DNA from: Macrostomum lignano
Taxonomy: Eukaryota
Direction of reading: 5' to 3'
Assembly (NCBI GenBank): GCA_002269645.1
Contig: NIVC01001783.1
Coordinates: 124,001 to 188,000, forward strand
Length of the DNA: 64,000 nt
The notes beneath the pieces are model-generated. The model had not been told where the DNA came from. It ran no database searches and saw only the letters and a program-made list of their open reading frames with translations. Each line of letters opens with the position of its first letter. Positions within the stretch are counted from its first letter, which is position 1. Below are positions 1-13,200 of this stretch, one piece after another. The position numbers and the translations under genes are program-made.

Positions 1-115
1 TGGAGTGAGGTGGGTGTTTTGGAGTGAGGTGGGTGTTTTGGAGTGAGGTGGGTGTTTTGGGGAGTGAGGTGGGTGTTTTGGAGTGAGGTGGGTGTTTTGG
101 AGTGAGGTAGGTTTG
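1..115. repeat. 20-bp minisatellite (TGGAGTGAGGTGGGTGTTTT)n, intronic
   Basis: About 5.5 direct copies running off the window start, ending roughly 55 nt before the acceptor AG at 171-172. Confidence 0.95.
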
Positions 116-172
116 AGGAGGATGCTATTGGTTGTTATAAAAGCTTTTTAATATCACTTTAACACAATTCAG

Positions 173-3100
173 ACATCAACGAGTGCACAGAAGGCAGGCA
201 CAACTGTGACGCCAACGATGTTTGTCGAAATACACGCGGTCATTATGACTGCTTATCCAGAGACAAGGTTTGCGAGCCGGGCTTCGGGTTAAGCTTCGAC
301 CACTCCAGCTGCGTTGGTAAGATTCAGCAATAAAAAGTCTAATTGAGCATTAAAAATTGTTTCTCAAGCTAATCTGCATTGACAGATATTGACGAGTGCC
401 GGTTGGGTCATCACAAGTGCAGCGAACGCGAAGTGTGCAACAACACTCACGGATCCTATGTCTGCGAATGCTCGCCCGGATTCCACAGGGTTGGCGGCAG
501 TAGGGAGTGCACAGGTAGGAAATTGCTTCTTTGGTGTGTTGCTACGCTCGTATTCCTTAAAGTTCATTCATGTGTTGCCATTGCCTGGCGCTTTGATGTG
601 CCGGTCGCGATTCCCTGATCCTTTGATGTGCCGCCATTTCCTGATCCTTTGATGTGCCGCCATTTCCTGATCCTTTAATGTGCCGCCATTTCCTGATCCT
701 TTGATGTGCCGCCATTCCATGGCTTTTTGAGGAGCCGCCATTTCCTAATCCTTTGATGTGCCCCGTTTTTTACGACGATTATTCTTTATAAGCCGAAGTT
801 CCATGGTTCTTTGATGCACCGCCATCATCTGGTCAATTGTTGTATCGTCATTCCCTCTATTTTTTTGATGAGCCGCCATTCTCTTGTTGCTTGATGATAT
901 TCTTAAACTTACCTCGCTGCCTCACCCAGACATCGACGAATGCACTTTAAAAAATGGAAGCAGCCCGTGCCCGGCACACCTGCAGTGCCGGAACAGCCCC
1001 GGTTCGTACACCTGCGTTTGTCCCCTTGGTTACCAGCCAAACAACGCTTCTGACATTGTCAACGCATCCCTGACATGCGTTGACATCGATGAATGCGCGC
1101 AGTTGCCCGACATCTGCGGCAGCGTTGGCACCTGCCGTAACAGTCCAGCAGGCGCCTACACTTGCACCTGTCCCGGCGGCTACATGGCCACGGACGTGGT
1201 TCGGGGCACCTGCGCAGACATCGACGAGTGCCAGTTAAACGCCTGTCCAGCAGGGGCCGCGTGTCGCAACACGCCTGGCAACTACGACTGCCAGTGTCGA
1301 CCGGGGTTTCTGTTCGTGCGGCAGAAGAACCTCTGCGAAGGTGATTGGTGCTTCTGGTAGCGCTTGCCTGATTGCTGCTTCTAATAGTCTTTCCTGATTG
1401 TTGCTTTTGGTAGCGCTTGCCTGATTGCTGCTTCTATTAGTCTTTCCTGATTGTTGCTTTTGGTAGCGCTTGCCTGATTGCTGCTTCTAATAGTCTTTCC
1501 TGATTGTTGCTTTTGGTAGCGCTTGCCTGATTGCTGCTTCTAATAGTCTTTCCTGGTTGTTGCTTTTGGTAGCGCTTGCCTGATTGTTGCTTTTGGTAGC
1601 GCTTGCCTGATTGCTGCTTCTAATAGCCTTTCCTGGTTGCTGCTTCTGGTAGTCTTTCCTGATTGCTGCTTCTGGTAGTCTTTCCTGATTGCTGCTTCTA
1701 ATAGTCTTTCCTGATTGTTGCTTTTGGTAGTTTTTCCTGATTGCTGCTTCCAATAGTCTTTCCTGGTTGCTGCTTTTGGTAGTCTTTTCTGATTGTTGCT
1801 TTTCCTGATTGCTGCTTCTGGTAGTCTTTCCTGGTTGCTGCTTCTGGTAAGGTCTTTCCTGATTGCTGCTTCTAGTCTTTCCTGGTTGCTGCTTCTGGTA
1901 GTCTTTCCTGATTGCTGCTTCTGGTATTCTTTCCTGATTGCTGCTTCTAATACTCTTTCCTGATTGTTGCTTTTGGTAGCGCTTGCCTGATTGCTGCTTC
2001 TAATAGTCTTTCCTGGTTGCTGCTTCTAATAGTCTTTTCTTGGTAGCTGCTTCTGGTAGCGTTTTTTTATTTCTGCTTTAACTGCCCTTTTCTGAAAGTT
2101 CTTTTCGTTGCCTGTAATGACCCAGTAAATGTGTCCCGATCCAACCGGCAGACATTAACGAATGCGACCAGCCTGACAATGAGTGCGCTCAGAATGGCAC
2201 GAGCTGCTTCAACTATCGCGGCGGCTCCGCCTGCTACCGGCACTCCTGCCCTGAGGGGTTTCGTCTGCCTCGATCGGGGTCAGGACTTCACACTGCAAAC
2301 ACGCTGTCGTTCAGGTGAATTCGCGCCTTCTTCCCGTTTAGTGGGAGTTTGTCCTGCTGGACTAGACCTAACTATAAGAATATAAAAGATTAAGGTATAC
2401 CTGTCACATCGCACCTGTAATCATCTGATCCGCCTGTCACATTGAATTTGTAGTCGTCTGCTCTATTTACAATGCTCTACTATCCGATCTACCTGTCACA
2501 TCTCACTCTAGACAATCCGATCTACCTGTCACATCTCACTCTAGACAATTCGATCTACCTGTCACATCTCACTCTAGACAATTCGATCTACCTGTCACAT
2601 CTCACTCTAGACAATCAGATCTACCTGTCACATCTCACTCTAGACAATCAGATCTACCTGTCACATCTCACTCTAGACAATCAGATCTACCTGTCACATC
2701 TCACTCTAGACAATCAGATCTACCTGTCACATCTCACTCTAGACAATCAGATCTACCTGTCACATCTCACTCTAGACAATCAGATCTACCTGTCACATCT
2801 CACTCTAGACAATCCGATCTAGCTGTCACATCTCACTCTAGACAATCCGATCTAGCTGTCACATCTCACTCTACACAATCAGATCTACCTGTCACATCTC
2901 TCTCTAGACAATCCGATCTACCTGTCACATCTCACTCTAGACAATCCGATCTACCTGTCACATCTCACTCTAGACAATCAGATCTACCTGTCACATCTCA
3001 CTCTAGACAATCCGATCTACCTGTCACATCTCACTCTAGACAATTAGATCTACCTGTCACATCTCACTCTAGACAATCCGATCTACCTGTCACATCTCAC

Positions 3101-4391
3101 TCTAGACAATTAGATCTACCTGTCACATCTCACAATAAACACTCCGATCTACCTGTCGCATCTCACTCTAGACAATCCGATCTACCTGTCGCATCTCACT
3201 CTAGACAATCCGATCTACCTGTCGCATCTCACTCTAGACAATCCGATCTACCTGTCACATCTCACTCTAGACAATTAGATCTACCTGTCACATCTCACTC
3301 TAGACAATTAGATCTACCTGTCGCATCTCACTCTAGACAATCAGATCTACCTGTCACATCTCACTATAAACAATCAGATCTACCTGTCGCATCTCACTCT
3401 AGACAATCCGATCTACCTGTCACATCTCACTCTAGACAATCCGATCTACCTGTCACATCTCACTCTAGACAATCCGATCTACCTGTCACATCTCACTCTA
3501 GACAATCCGATCTACCTGTCACATCTCACTCTAGACAATCCGATCTACCTGTCACATCTCACTCTAGACAATTAGATCTACCTGTCGCATCTCACTCTAG
3601 ACAATCAGATCTACCTGTCACATCTCACTATAAACAATCAGATCTACCTGTCGCATCTCACTCTAGACAATCCGATCTACCTGTCACATCTCACTCTAGA
3701 CAATCCGATCTACCTGTCACATCTCACTCTAGACAATCCGATCTACCTGTCACATCTCACTCTAGACAATCCGATCTACCTGTCACATCTCACTCTAGAC
3801 AATCCGATCTACCTGTCGCATCTCACTATAAACACTCCGGTCTACCTGTAGTGACACCACTCGTGCGCAAGCCGGCAATACGTTAACAGACTAAAATAAA
3901 AAAACCTGTTTAATCTCTCCTTATACAGTTGCCGTCTAATCGGCGAAGCGTGTCATCCGGCGCCAAGATTCAACGGTGGCAGGCAGCAGCGGCGGGTGTG
4001 CATCAAGCGACATCGCATTGTGCACAAAGCCCAGGAGATGCCGCTAGCAAATCGAGGCTCCTTCGTCACGGTTCAGTCGGACATGCGTCTTGGCCTGCGC
4101 GAGTGCCAGTTCAGAGCCACTCTGTTCCGGGCCAGTGGCCTTCGGACCACCAGCTATCAAGTGGAGACTACCGCTGCCCCTACCGATGAAGAGGCCGTGC
4201 GATTTCACCAGAGACAGACGCAGCGGTACACAATTTGTAGCACAGAACTGCGAATCGGTGGCGCCGCCTCCGCCGATGGAAACTCGACCGGCGGCACAGA
4301 TCCAGTACAGTGGGCTCAAGTTGAAGTAGTCCTGATCAAAGGCGCCGCAGCCGATATATCGAACAACACCGTGAATCTTATCTACCTCTGA
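173..4391 (+). CDS. Fibulin/hemicentin-like protein, 3' part (tandem calcium-binding EGF domains plus fibulin-type C-terminal domain); 5' end outside window
   Basis: Exons 173-316, 386-514, 930-1340, 2152-2314, 3929-4391(stop). All are GT-AG and phase-compatible (1,1,1,2). They encode six cbEGF modules starting D(I)D/NEC (e.g. DINECTEGRHNC, DIDECRLGHHKC, DIDECAQLPDIC), then a Cys-poor terminal domain (...CIKRHRIVHKAQEMP...VEVVLIKG...LIYL*). Confidence 0.85.
592..760. repeat. 26-bp minisatellite (TGATCCTTTGATGTGCCGCCATTTCC)n, intronic
   Basis: About 5-6 copies that degrade downstream, in intron 515-929. Confidence 0.85.
1345..2065. repeat. ~26-bp composite minisatellite (CCTGATTGCTGCTTCTAATAGTCTTT / ...TTTGGTAGCGCTTG)
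   Basis: Direct tandem variants starting just after donor GT 1341. Explains ORF 1487-1753. Confidence 0.9.
2484..3850. repeat. 33-bp minisatellite (GATCTACCTGTCACATCTCACTCTAGACAATCC)n
   Basis: About 40 near-identical copies in intron 2315-3928. ORF 2472-2822 (IYLSHLTLDNQ)n is its translation. Confidence 0.97.
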
Positions 4392-4842
4392 GGCTCTTTT
4401 TGGCCAGGAAGAAAGTTAAACTCTCTGACTTTTACTGTTTGTTATAAACTTCTATGAATAGTCAGTTAAACAAACTAAATCGTATATACGAGTATTTGAC
4501 TATTTTTGGCACCGCTTTAAAAACTTAAGTAACCCGCAAGTTAATTGGTTCTGATTATTGCAGTTGTTGATATTTTACGTGACATATCGCTTAAATTCTG
4601 TCACTCAATGACCTTGAAAACTTGGTTGACCTTGACCTTGAGTGGTCGTGCGATAAAGGAGCTTCAAAAGCAAACTTCAGATGGCCAATTTTGATATGCA
4701 TCTGGGACAGAAACTGTCAGTAACCTCAGAACCCGAGTTGCTTGGAGACAGATGTCCGAATAGTGTCATTGGCATTAGCTTTTCTGTTCTTTCTAGGGGT
4801 TCACGGTAAGTTTCCGATACAGAAGAATAGGCGCTAGCTAAA

Positions 4843-5427
4843 GAGAGGGCGCCAGCTACAGAGAGGGCGCCAGCTACAGTGGGGGGCACCAACTACAGAG
4901 AGGGCGCCAGCTACAGAGGGGGCGCCAGCTACAGAGGGGGCGCCAGCTACAGAGGGGGCGCCAGCTACAGAGAATGCGTCAGCTACAGTGGGGGGCGCCA
5001 GTTACAGAGGGGGCGCCAGCTACAGAGGGGGCGCCAGCTACAGAGGGGGCGCCAGCTACAGAGGGGGCGCCAGCTACAGAGAGGGGGCGCCAGTTACAGA
5101 GGGGGCGCCAGCTACAGAAGGGGCGCCAGCTACAGAGGGGGCGTCAGCTACAGAGGGGGCACCAGCTACAGAGAGAGCGCCAGCTACAGTGGGGGCACCA
5201 ACTACAGAGAGGGCGCCAGCTACAGTGGGGGCGCCAGCTACAGAGGGGGGCGCCAGCTACAGAGAGGGGGCCAGCTATAGAGGGGGCGCCAGCTACAGAG
5301 GGGGCGCCAGCTACAGTGGGGGCGCCAGCTACAGAGGGGGCGCCAGCTACAGTGGGGGCGCCAGCTACAGAGGAGGCGCCAGCTACAGAGGGGGCGCCAG
5401 CTACAGAGGGGGCGCCAGCTACAGAGG
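4843..5427. repeat. ~18-bp minisatellite (GGGGGCGCCAGCTACAGA)n, intergenic
   Basis: More than 30 copies of 17-19 bp. Source of the RGGASY/EGAPAT pseudo-ORFs. Confidence 0.95.
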
Positions 5428-5681
5428 GAAGATTTCACTTGCAATATCACAAAGTCAACTTTAATAATTTCTATCTAAACTACTTAGAAAATAGTAGTAT
5501 AGAACATATATCCAACGACACAACACAGCATAAACAATGCATGCAACCATAGACAAGATTTAGCGCTTCTTTCAAAACTATAAATTTATAACTACACTGA
5601 ATTTGAAATTTAAAGAAAACTGCGTCAAGTAGATGACAAGAGAAACTGCAGAAAAATTCATATCCAAAGATAGTCGATGTG

Positions 5682-8600
5682 ATGACTCTGAGAAACCGAA
5701 ATCAAACAGAGACTGCTCGAAAGCAGCAGGAGCAGCCGACTCAGCTAGGCCAGCAGAAGAAGCCGAAGCAACAGCAGCAACAATCAAAAGTGCCATCAGT
5801 CGCCGCGGCCTTCTATCGCAAGCTAACCGAAACAGTTCAAGAAGAGAAAGGCAACGCTGAAGAGATGGTCAGATGGGCACTGACCGCCTATGCCAACCTG
5901 TTGAAGAATATCGACAAATCTCTGCTGCTCCCGGCCAAAGAGAAGGACAGGGAGAAACAGCAGGCTAGTGCTGAGGCTGCCAGGCTGGACAGATACCGAT
6001 CTAGGGGACTGAACTGTGAGTAATGCCCTGGGGGTTCGATTCCCTACACTGCCATAGAGTAGCTTCGATACCTTTCACAAGCTCGAAACTTTGTAGATCG
6101 AATTTTCCCACAATAAAAATTTTCGCAAGCTATGAGGGCCCACCGCCAAGGCAGAGGGTGTGCAGACAGTGTGTGATTGCGTCACAATCTGCTTTATGGA
6201 TCAGTGTTGATAGATCAGTGTTGATAGATCAGTGTTGATAGATCAATGTTGATATATCAGTGTTGATAGATCAGTGTTGATAGATCAGTGTTGATAGATC
6301 AATGTTGATAGATCAGTGTTGATAGATCAGTGTTGATAGATCAGTGTTGATAGATCAGTGTTGATATATCGGTGTTGATAGATCAGTGTTGATATATCAG
6401 TATTGATAGATCAGTGTGTTAGCTATCCTAGATAAAGCCGTATCTCCCCCCCCCCAGACTCCGTGCGCCACATCAGCCCAGCTATTCAGCGACGTCAGCG
6501 AGCCGACCGCGGTCAGAGCAAGGACCTGGCTACCCTCATCGAGGAGCTGAAGCAGCAGCGGGATCTGTGGGAGGCGTTTCTCGGCGGATTCAAGGAGTCC
6601 CTCGGTTCGGGTCTGACTGCCGAACAAAAAGAAGCCGTGGCAAAAAAGAATGATGACACACTATATGAGATTTACAAGTGAGTGCTGGATAAATGCAGAT
6701 CCATATGGGGTTTATTGGGGCATAGATTACCTATAGATATGCGTAGATTACCTATAGATATGCATAGATTACCTATAGATATGCGTAAATTACCTATAGG
6801 TGCATAGACTACCTAGATATTCATAGATTACCTATAGATCGATACAAAAATTACCTTTAGATTATGCATAGGTTACAGCTATAGATGCAAATATTACCTA
6901 TAATAAACGCTCTAATACCTATAGATGCGTAGTATACTTAGACTAGACGCATCGACATAGATACGTATCAATTACTATAAGTAGTCTAGCCTATAATATT
7001 GGATTTAAACATTCCAGAACTGTGTGGCCAATTCTCGATAAGCTCAATTCAGCCAGCAAGCTTGAGAACGAAAAATGATCCAAGCGACTTGCACTCAGTG
7101 ACCTTGACCTGAGCTGAGTTAGCTCAACAAGCATTATATTAACTCTTACCTTCTTTTTCAAGCTCGTGAATATTTTTTTGCCTCAACATTCGTTTGAAAG
7201 TCTGTCGCAAGGGTCTCTTGGCCGCAAACGTTCGTTTCAGCTTGTCGATCGCATGAATTTAGATATTCGTAATGTCAAATGCATAGCTGAAGACACTCCG
7301 TTTTAAAGGCCATCTTATGAAAGCAAAAAATGTATGTTGTTAATAAATCAGTGTTGATAGATCGGTGTTAATAAATCAGTGTTGATAGATCAGTGTTGAT
7401 AGATCAGTGTTGATAGATCAGTGTTGATAGATCAGTGTTGATAGATCTGTGTTGATAGATCAGTGTTGATTGATCAGTGTTGATATATCATTGTTGATAG
7501 ATCAGTGTTGATAGATCAGTGTTGATAGATCTGTGTTGATAGATCAGTGTTGATAGATCAGTGTTGATTGATCAGTGTTGATAGATCGGTGCTGATAGAT
7601 CACTGTTGATAGATCAGTGTTGATAGATCGGTGCTGATAGATCAGTATTGATAGATCAGTGTTGATAGATCAGTGTTGATAGATCAGTGTTGATAGATCA
7701 GTGTTGATTGATCAGTGTTGATATATCACTGTTGATAGATCAGTGTTGATAGATCAGTGTTGATAGATCTGTGTTGATAGATCTGTGTTGATAGATCAGT
7801 GTTGATTGATCAGTGTTGATAGATCGGTGCTGATAGATCACTGTTGATAGATCAGTGTTGATAGATCGGTGCTGATAGATCAGTATTGATAGATCAGTGT
7901 TGATAGATCAGTGTTGATAGATCAGTGTTGATAGATCAGTGTTGATTGATCAGTGTTGATATATCACTGTTGATAGATCAGTGTTGATAGATCAGTGTTG
8001 ATAGATCAGTGTTGATAGATCAGTGTTGACAGATCAGTGTTGATAGATCAGTGTTGATAGATCTGTGTTGATAGATCAGTGTTGATTGATCAGTGTTGAT
8101 ATATCATTGTTGATAGATCAGTGTTGATAGATCAGTGTTGATAGATCTGTGTTGATAGATCTGTGTTGATAGATCAGTGTTGATTGATCAGTGTTGATAG
8201 ATCGGTGCTGATAGATCACTGTTGATAGATCAGTGTTGATAGATCGGTGCTGATAGATCAGTATTGATAGATCAGTGTTGATAGATCAGTGTTGATAGAT
8301 CAGTGTTGATAGATCAGTGTTGATTGATCAGTGTTGATATATCACTGTTGATAGATCAGTGTTGATAGATCAGTGTTGATAGATCTGTGTTGATAGATCT
8401 GTGTTGATAGATCAGTGTTGATTGATCAGTGTTGATAGATCGGTGCTGATAGATCACTGTTGATAGATCAGTGTTGATAGATCGGTGCTGATAGATCAGT
8501 ATTGATAGATCAGTGTTGATAGATCAGTGTTGATAGATCAGTGTTGATAGATCAGTGTTGATTGATCAGTGTTGATATATCACTGTTGATAGATCAGTGT

Positions 8601-9962
8601 TGATAGATCAGTGTTGATAGATCAGTGTTGATAGATCAGTGTTGATAGATCAGTGTTGATTGATCAGTGTTGATAGATCAGTGTTGATAGATCAGTGTTG
8701 ATTGATCAGTGTTGATATATCACTGTTGATAGATCAGTGTTGATAGATCAGTGTTGATAGATCAGTGTTGATAGATCAGTGTTGATAGATCAGTGTTGAT
8801 AGATCAGTGTTGACAGATCAGTGTTGATAGATCAGTGTTGATAGATCTGTGTTGATAGATCAGTGTTGATTGATCAGTGTTGATATATCACTGTTGATAG
8901 ATCAGTGTTGATAGATCAGTGTTGATAGATCTGTGTTGATAGATCTGTGTTGATAGATCAGTGTTGATTGATCAGTGTTGATATATCACTGTTGATAGAT
9001 CAGTGTTGATAGATCAGTGTTGATAGATCAGTGTTGATAGATCAGTGTTGATTGATCAGTGTTGATATATCACTGTTGATAGATCAGTGTTGATAGATCA
9101 GTGTTGATAGATCAGTGTTGATAGATCAGTGTTGATAGATCAGTGTTGATTGATCAGTGTTGATAGATCAGTGTTGATAGATCAGTGTTGATATATCACT
9201 GTTGATAGATCAGTGTTGATAGATCAGTGTTGATAGATCAGTGTTGATAGATCAGTGTTGATTGATCACTGTTGATAGATCAGTGTTGATAGATCAGTGT
9301 TGATAGATCAGTGTTGATAGATCAGTGTTGATAGATCAGTGTTGATAGATCAGTGTTGATTGATCAGTGTTGATAGATCAGTGTTGATAGATCAGTGTTG
9401 ATAGATCAGTGTTGATAGATCAGTGTTGATTGATCTGTGTTGATAGATCTGTGTTGATAGATCAGTGTTGATTGATCAGTGTTGATATATCACTGTTGAT
9501 AGATCAGTGTTGATTGATCAGTGTTGATAGATCAGTGTTGATAGATCAGTGTTGATTGATCAGTGTTGATATATCACTGTTGATAGATCAGTGTTGATAG
9601 ATCAGTGTTGATAGATCAGTGTTGATAGATCAGTGTTGATTGATCAGTGTTGATATATCACTGTTGATAGATCAGTGTTGATAGATCAGTGTTGATAGAT
9701 CAGTGTTGATTGATCAGTGTTGATATATCACTGTTGATAGATCAGTGTTGATAGATCACTGTTGATAGATCAGTGTTGATTGATCAGTGTTGATATATCA
9801 GTGTTGATAGATCAGTGTTGATAGATCAGTGTTGATAGATCGGTGTTGATAGACTGAATTTTTGCATGCCATCCCATTGCTGAATTTTCCATGCTCTCTC
9901 ACAGCGGTGACGCGAACCTGTTTATTCAGAGCTGCGCACTAACCACGGCCAACTCTACTTAA
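5682..9962 (+). CDS. Uncharacterised protein (~203 aa, Gln/Lys-rich N-terminus, helical), 3 exons
   Basis: Exons 5682-6015 (donor GTGAGT 6016), 6458-6677 (acceptor CCCCCAG, donor GTGAGT 6678) and 9905-9962 (acceptor CTCTCACAG, TAA). Junctions read in frame: ...RSRGLN-Y-SVRHISP...TLYEIY-N-GDANLFIQSC.... No family recognised. Confidence 0.6.
6197..6418. repeat. 14-bp minisatellite (GATCAGTGTTGATA)n, block 1
   Basis: About 15 copies in intron 6016-6457. Confidence 0.95.
6720..6905. repeat. ~21-bp degenerate repeat (TAGATTACCTATAGATATGC(G/A))n
   Basis: About 7-8 decaying copies just after donor 6678. Confidence 0.75.
7348..9853. repeat. 14-bp minisatellite (GATCAGTGTTGATA)n, block 2 (~2.5 kb) with higher-order structure
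   Basis: About 178 copies. The variant block CGGTGCTG recurs at 7587, 7825, 8203 and 8441 (238 bp = 17 units). Confidence 0.97.
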
Positions 9963-10299
9963 CTTGGAGCGCTTTCATGACAGCGCTAGTAGGTCACTGA
10001 ACCAAGTTTATTGATAGAAAACTTAATATATTTTTTATAATGAGAAAAAACAAACTGATACTTAAATTGGCAAGGTCAAGACTTGATAAAAAATTCAAAC
10101 CGGTTCCAAACCGATGGGTGACTAAAAGTACAGCGGGGAATAAAATAACGGATCGGTAGAAAGGACACGACAGAAAATGTTCTTGCACTGGCTCCTCTAT
10201 CTTTCTGAGAACAAAAATTTGTTGCTGCTTTGAAATAGGTTGGTTGCAAAGATGACTTCGTTGAGCATGAGCTGGGTGAAGAAAGCAACGGGTTAGTGC

Positions 10300-13200
10300 T
10301 CAGGTGCTCAAAGTGGGATCGAACCCAGGCTTGCACATACCGTGCGGCGCGTGCTTCTCTTTGAACTCGGCCGAGTAGCCGTACTGATCAGAGAAGTCCC
10401 TGTTCTCCTGCTCAGCAGCAGCTTTTTTAGCGGCCTCCTCTGCTTGGCGCTTCTTCTCCTGCTCGGCTGCTTCCTTCTCGGCGATGGCCGCCGGATCGTC
10501 CGAGTCGCTGGCGGTCGCTGCTGGCGGGTTTCCGTCGGAGACTTTCGTGTTGAGATCGCCCAGCAGGTTGAGAATACCGCCGGGACTGTTTGAGGCTTCG
10601 TTGGCACTGGACAGCAGGGTCACCTGGCTGAGTGGCCGAGTTGTTAGACGGTGAATTTCGTTGGCAGCTTCGGTTGATTTGCGCTTCAGATAGGAGTCGT
10701 TAACCTGATTGGTGAGTGGGTGGTGGAGTATGCAGTTAATCCATCGATAGGCCCTGGGGCAGACTCTCGCGCCACAACCTCTTGGCATAATGACACCCAG
10801 TTGCTTACCTGCGGATTAATAGTGATCTTGAAATTCTCGGCATTTTTCAGCCTCTCCCAGGGAATGGTCTCCAGCAGGCGCAGCGTAACCAGCTTCACTC
10901 GTTCGCGTTTCTCGCTCTCCTTTAAAGTGTCGGAGCCCTTGGAGCCGACATTGACAAAGTCGATGAGCAGAGGGCCCCAGACGTCGGCTAAGACCTCCTT
11001 AACCCAGAAGATGTCGTGAGCGAAAGCAACAAACAGCAGGTAATTCAGATAGTCGCCAATGGTCACGGCCGCCTGGAACTCCAGCTCGTACTCGCACAGA
11101 GTAGTCATAAAAGTGTTAACCAGAAAACGAGGATTGGCAACAACGTTTTGCAGCAGCTCTTTCGTATTGTACTTGAACTTAATTAGTGGACCTCGCTCTT
11201 TCAGGTACTTCATGAGGAACAGAAGCACCTGCTCTAGGCAGGGGTACTTGCGAATCACGGCCGTGAGATTTTCTGCCGAGCCAACCGATATGTGCTCTTT
11301 AACGTCCTGATTCACCTGCAGCATTGGCATTATAGAGTGTAAATTACGAATTAGCTGAATATTGAGGCCGAGAGTTTATGTTAAACGAGGACGGACAAAG
11401 GGGCAGCGAAAATGTCCTGGAGCAGGCACAACACACTCACTTAAAATGTACAAAGGCCCTGACTTTCTGATCGTCAGGCATGCGTACACTATCCAAGTTC
11501 CTTGGGAGTTTGCAAGGTAAGCACAGCAAAAAGCCATAACTGTAAAGTGTCGTCATTATATACGGGGCATTTCATAAGCTCAAAACTTCACATTGTCAAA
11601 ATTTCACTTTATCGAACAGCCTTGGCAGTCCACTTCCGCTAGCTCGCAATCAAAAAAATTGACGCGATGTGAAATTTGGAGCTTGTGAAAGCGATAAACT
11701 ACTGAAGGAGAGAAGGGAGACAGTACGGGGCAACAAAACAGGATCGAGTAATGCGGGCAAAGAACGATTGAAAAGGAAGGAAAGTGTAGAGGTATGATAG
11801 GATATGAAGAGAGAAGTGAACTATATGAGCGCATGACGGTGAATGAGAAATATATATAAGTAAAAACATATAAATGACTGCAAAATGCGAGTGATAGAGT
11901 TGAAGAACGAGCTACACCCATGGATGAATATATAGCATTTTGCAAGCTAGTAGAGAATGCGAGCAAGCAATTAAATAATCGATAGCAAAGTCAGTGGAAT
12001 TCGTTATAGTCTATGGTCAAAGCTATGAGCATTACTGCAACCAAATAAATAATGCGAGAACGCAATTGATAAATTTTCTCAGTTCTTATGTAAACTGATC
12101 TCGATAGCAGCTCGAAATGGACGCAATCGACATCGAGGATGACGAAATTCTGGAGGAGGATGGAGAGAGTTTTGTCACAGCGGAGGACGCTCCTGGAGAA
12201 CCAGTTCAGGCAGGTCAAGTGTGGAGGATGGAGAGAGTTTTGTCACAGCGGAGGACGCTCCTGGAGAACCAGTTCAGGCAGGTCAAGTGTGGAGGATGGA
12301 GAGAGTTTTGTCACAGCGGAGGACGCTCCTGGAGAACCAGTTCAGGCAGGTCAAGTGTGGAGGATGGAGAGAGTTTTGTCACAGCGGAGGACGCTCCTGG
12401 AGAACCAGTTCAGGCCAGTCAAGTGTGGAGGATGGAGAGAGTTTTGTCACAGCGGAGGACGCTCCTGGAGAACCAGTTCAGGCCAGTCAAGTGTGGAGGA
12501 TGGAGAGAGTTTTGTCACAGCGGAGGACGCTCCTGGAGAACCAGTTCAGGCCAGTCAAGTGTGGAGGATGGTTTCGGAATGCACTCCGCTTCATCCCTAG
12601 ATGTGTCGCTGGAGAGGACATTGTTTGATTTCTGCCATATATCGGACAGCTTCACTGAAGAAAATCTTAAATAGAGTTTCATTTTATACTTTTCCCTGAG
12701 TAGTGCGTGCCGGTTTTTTTCTCTGTTCTAAGCTCAAAATAGGATCACAACTCGTACGTGAAAGTACGGCATGCTGAGCTTCTTATGATGCTGGTGCTTG
12801 TCTATGGCTAGGACCAAAAATATTGAGCTATCCAGTTATATCCAGCTATCCACTCATCCATGGCTACACCTACTCAAACAGGGGGGTAGGAATCGGAGTG
12901 CTCTGCAAGGGCATAGCATTCAGGCGAGTACTGAGTCAACAATGAGGATTAAGGTTTTATTTTAGTTAATTGAAAACCCTCAAAGTACAGGCTCGATTAC
13001 GACGTTAATAATTCGGCAGGCTTAATAAATCCGTTTCTTGTTCGTTGCCATGATTGTCTTAATCGCTATAGCTAAACACAGAGGAAATAGAAAATTGATT
13101 AAATCTGAGCCTTTTTCATTGACAATCATTGAATATTATGAGTTTTAAGGAAATTAGGGATGCAGAAGGAAATTACGGGAATAATTCTCCAAGCGCAGTG

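Noticed and set aside
4620-7115. TGACCTTGACCT nuclear-receptor-like direct repeats (near 4626 and 7099; reverse-strand variant in the 40641-41470 blocks)
   Set aside because: Short motif with few independent occurrences and no positional pattern. It cannot be distinguished from chance or repeat debris.
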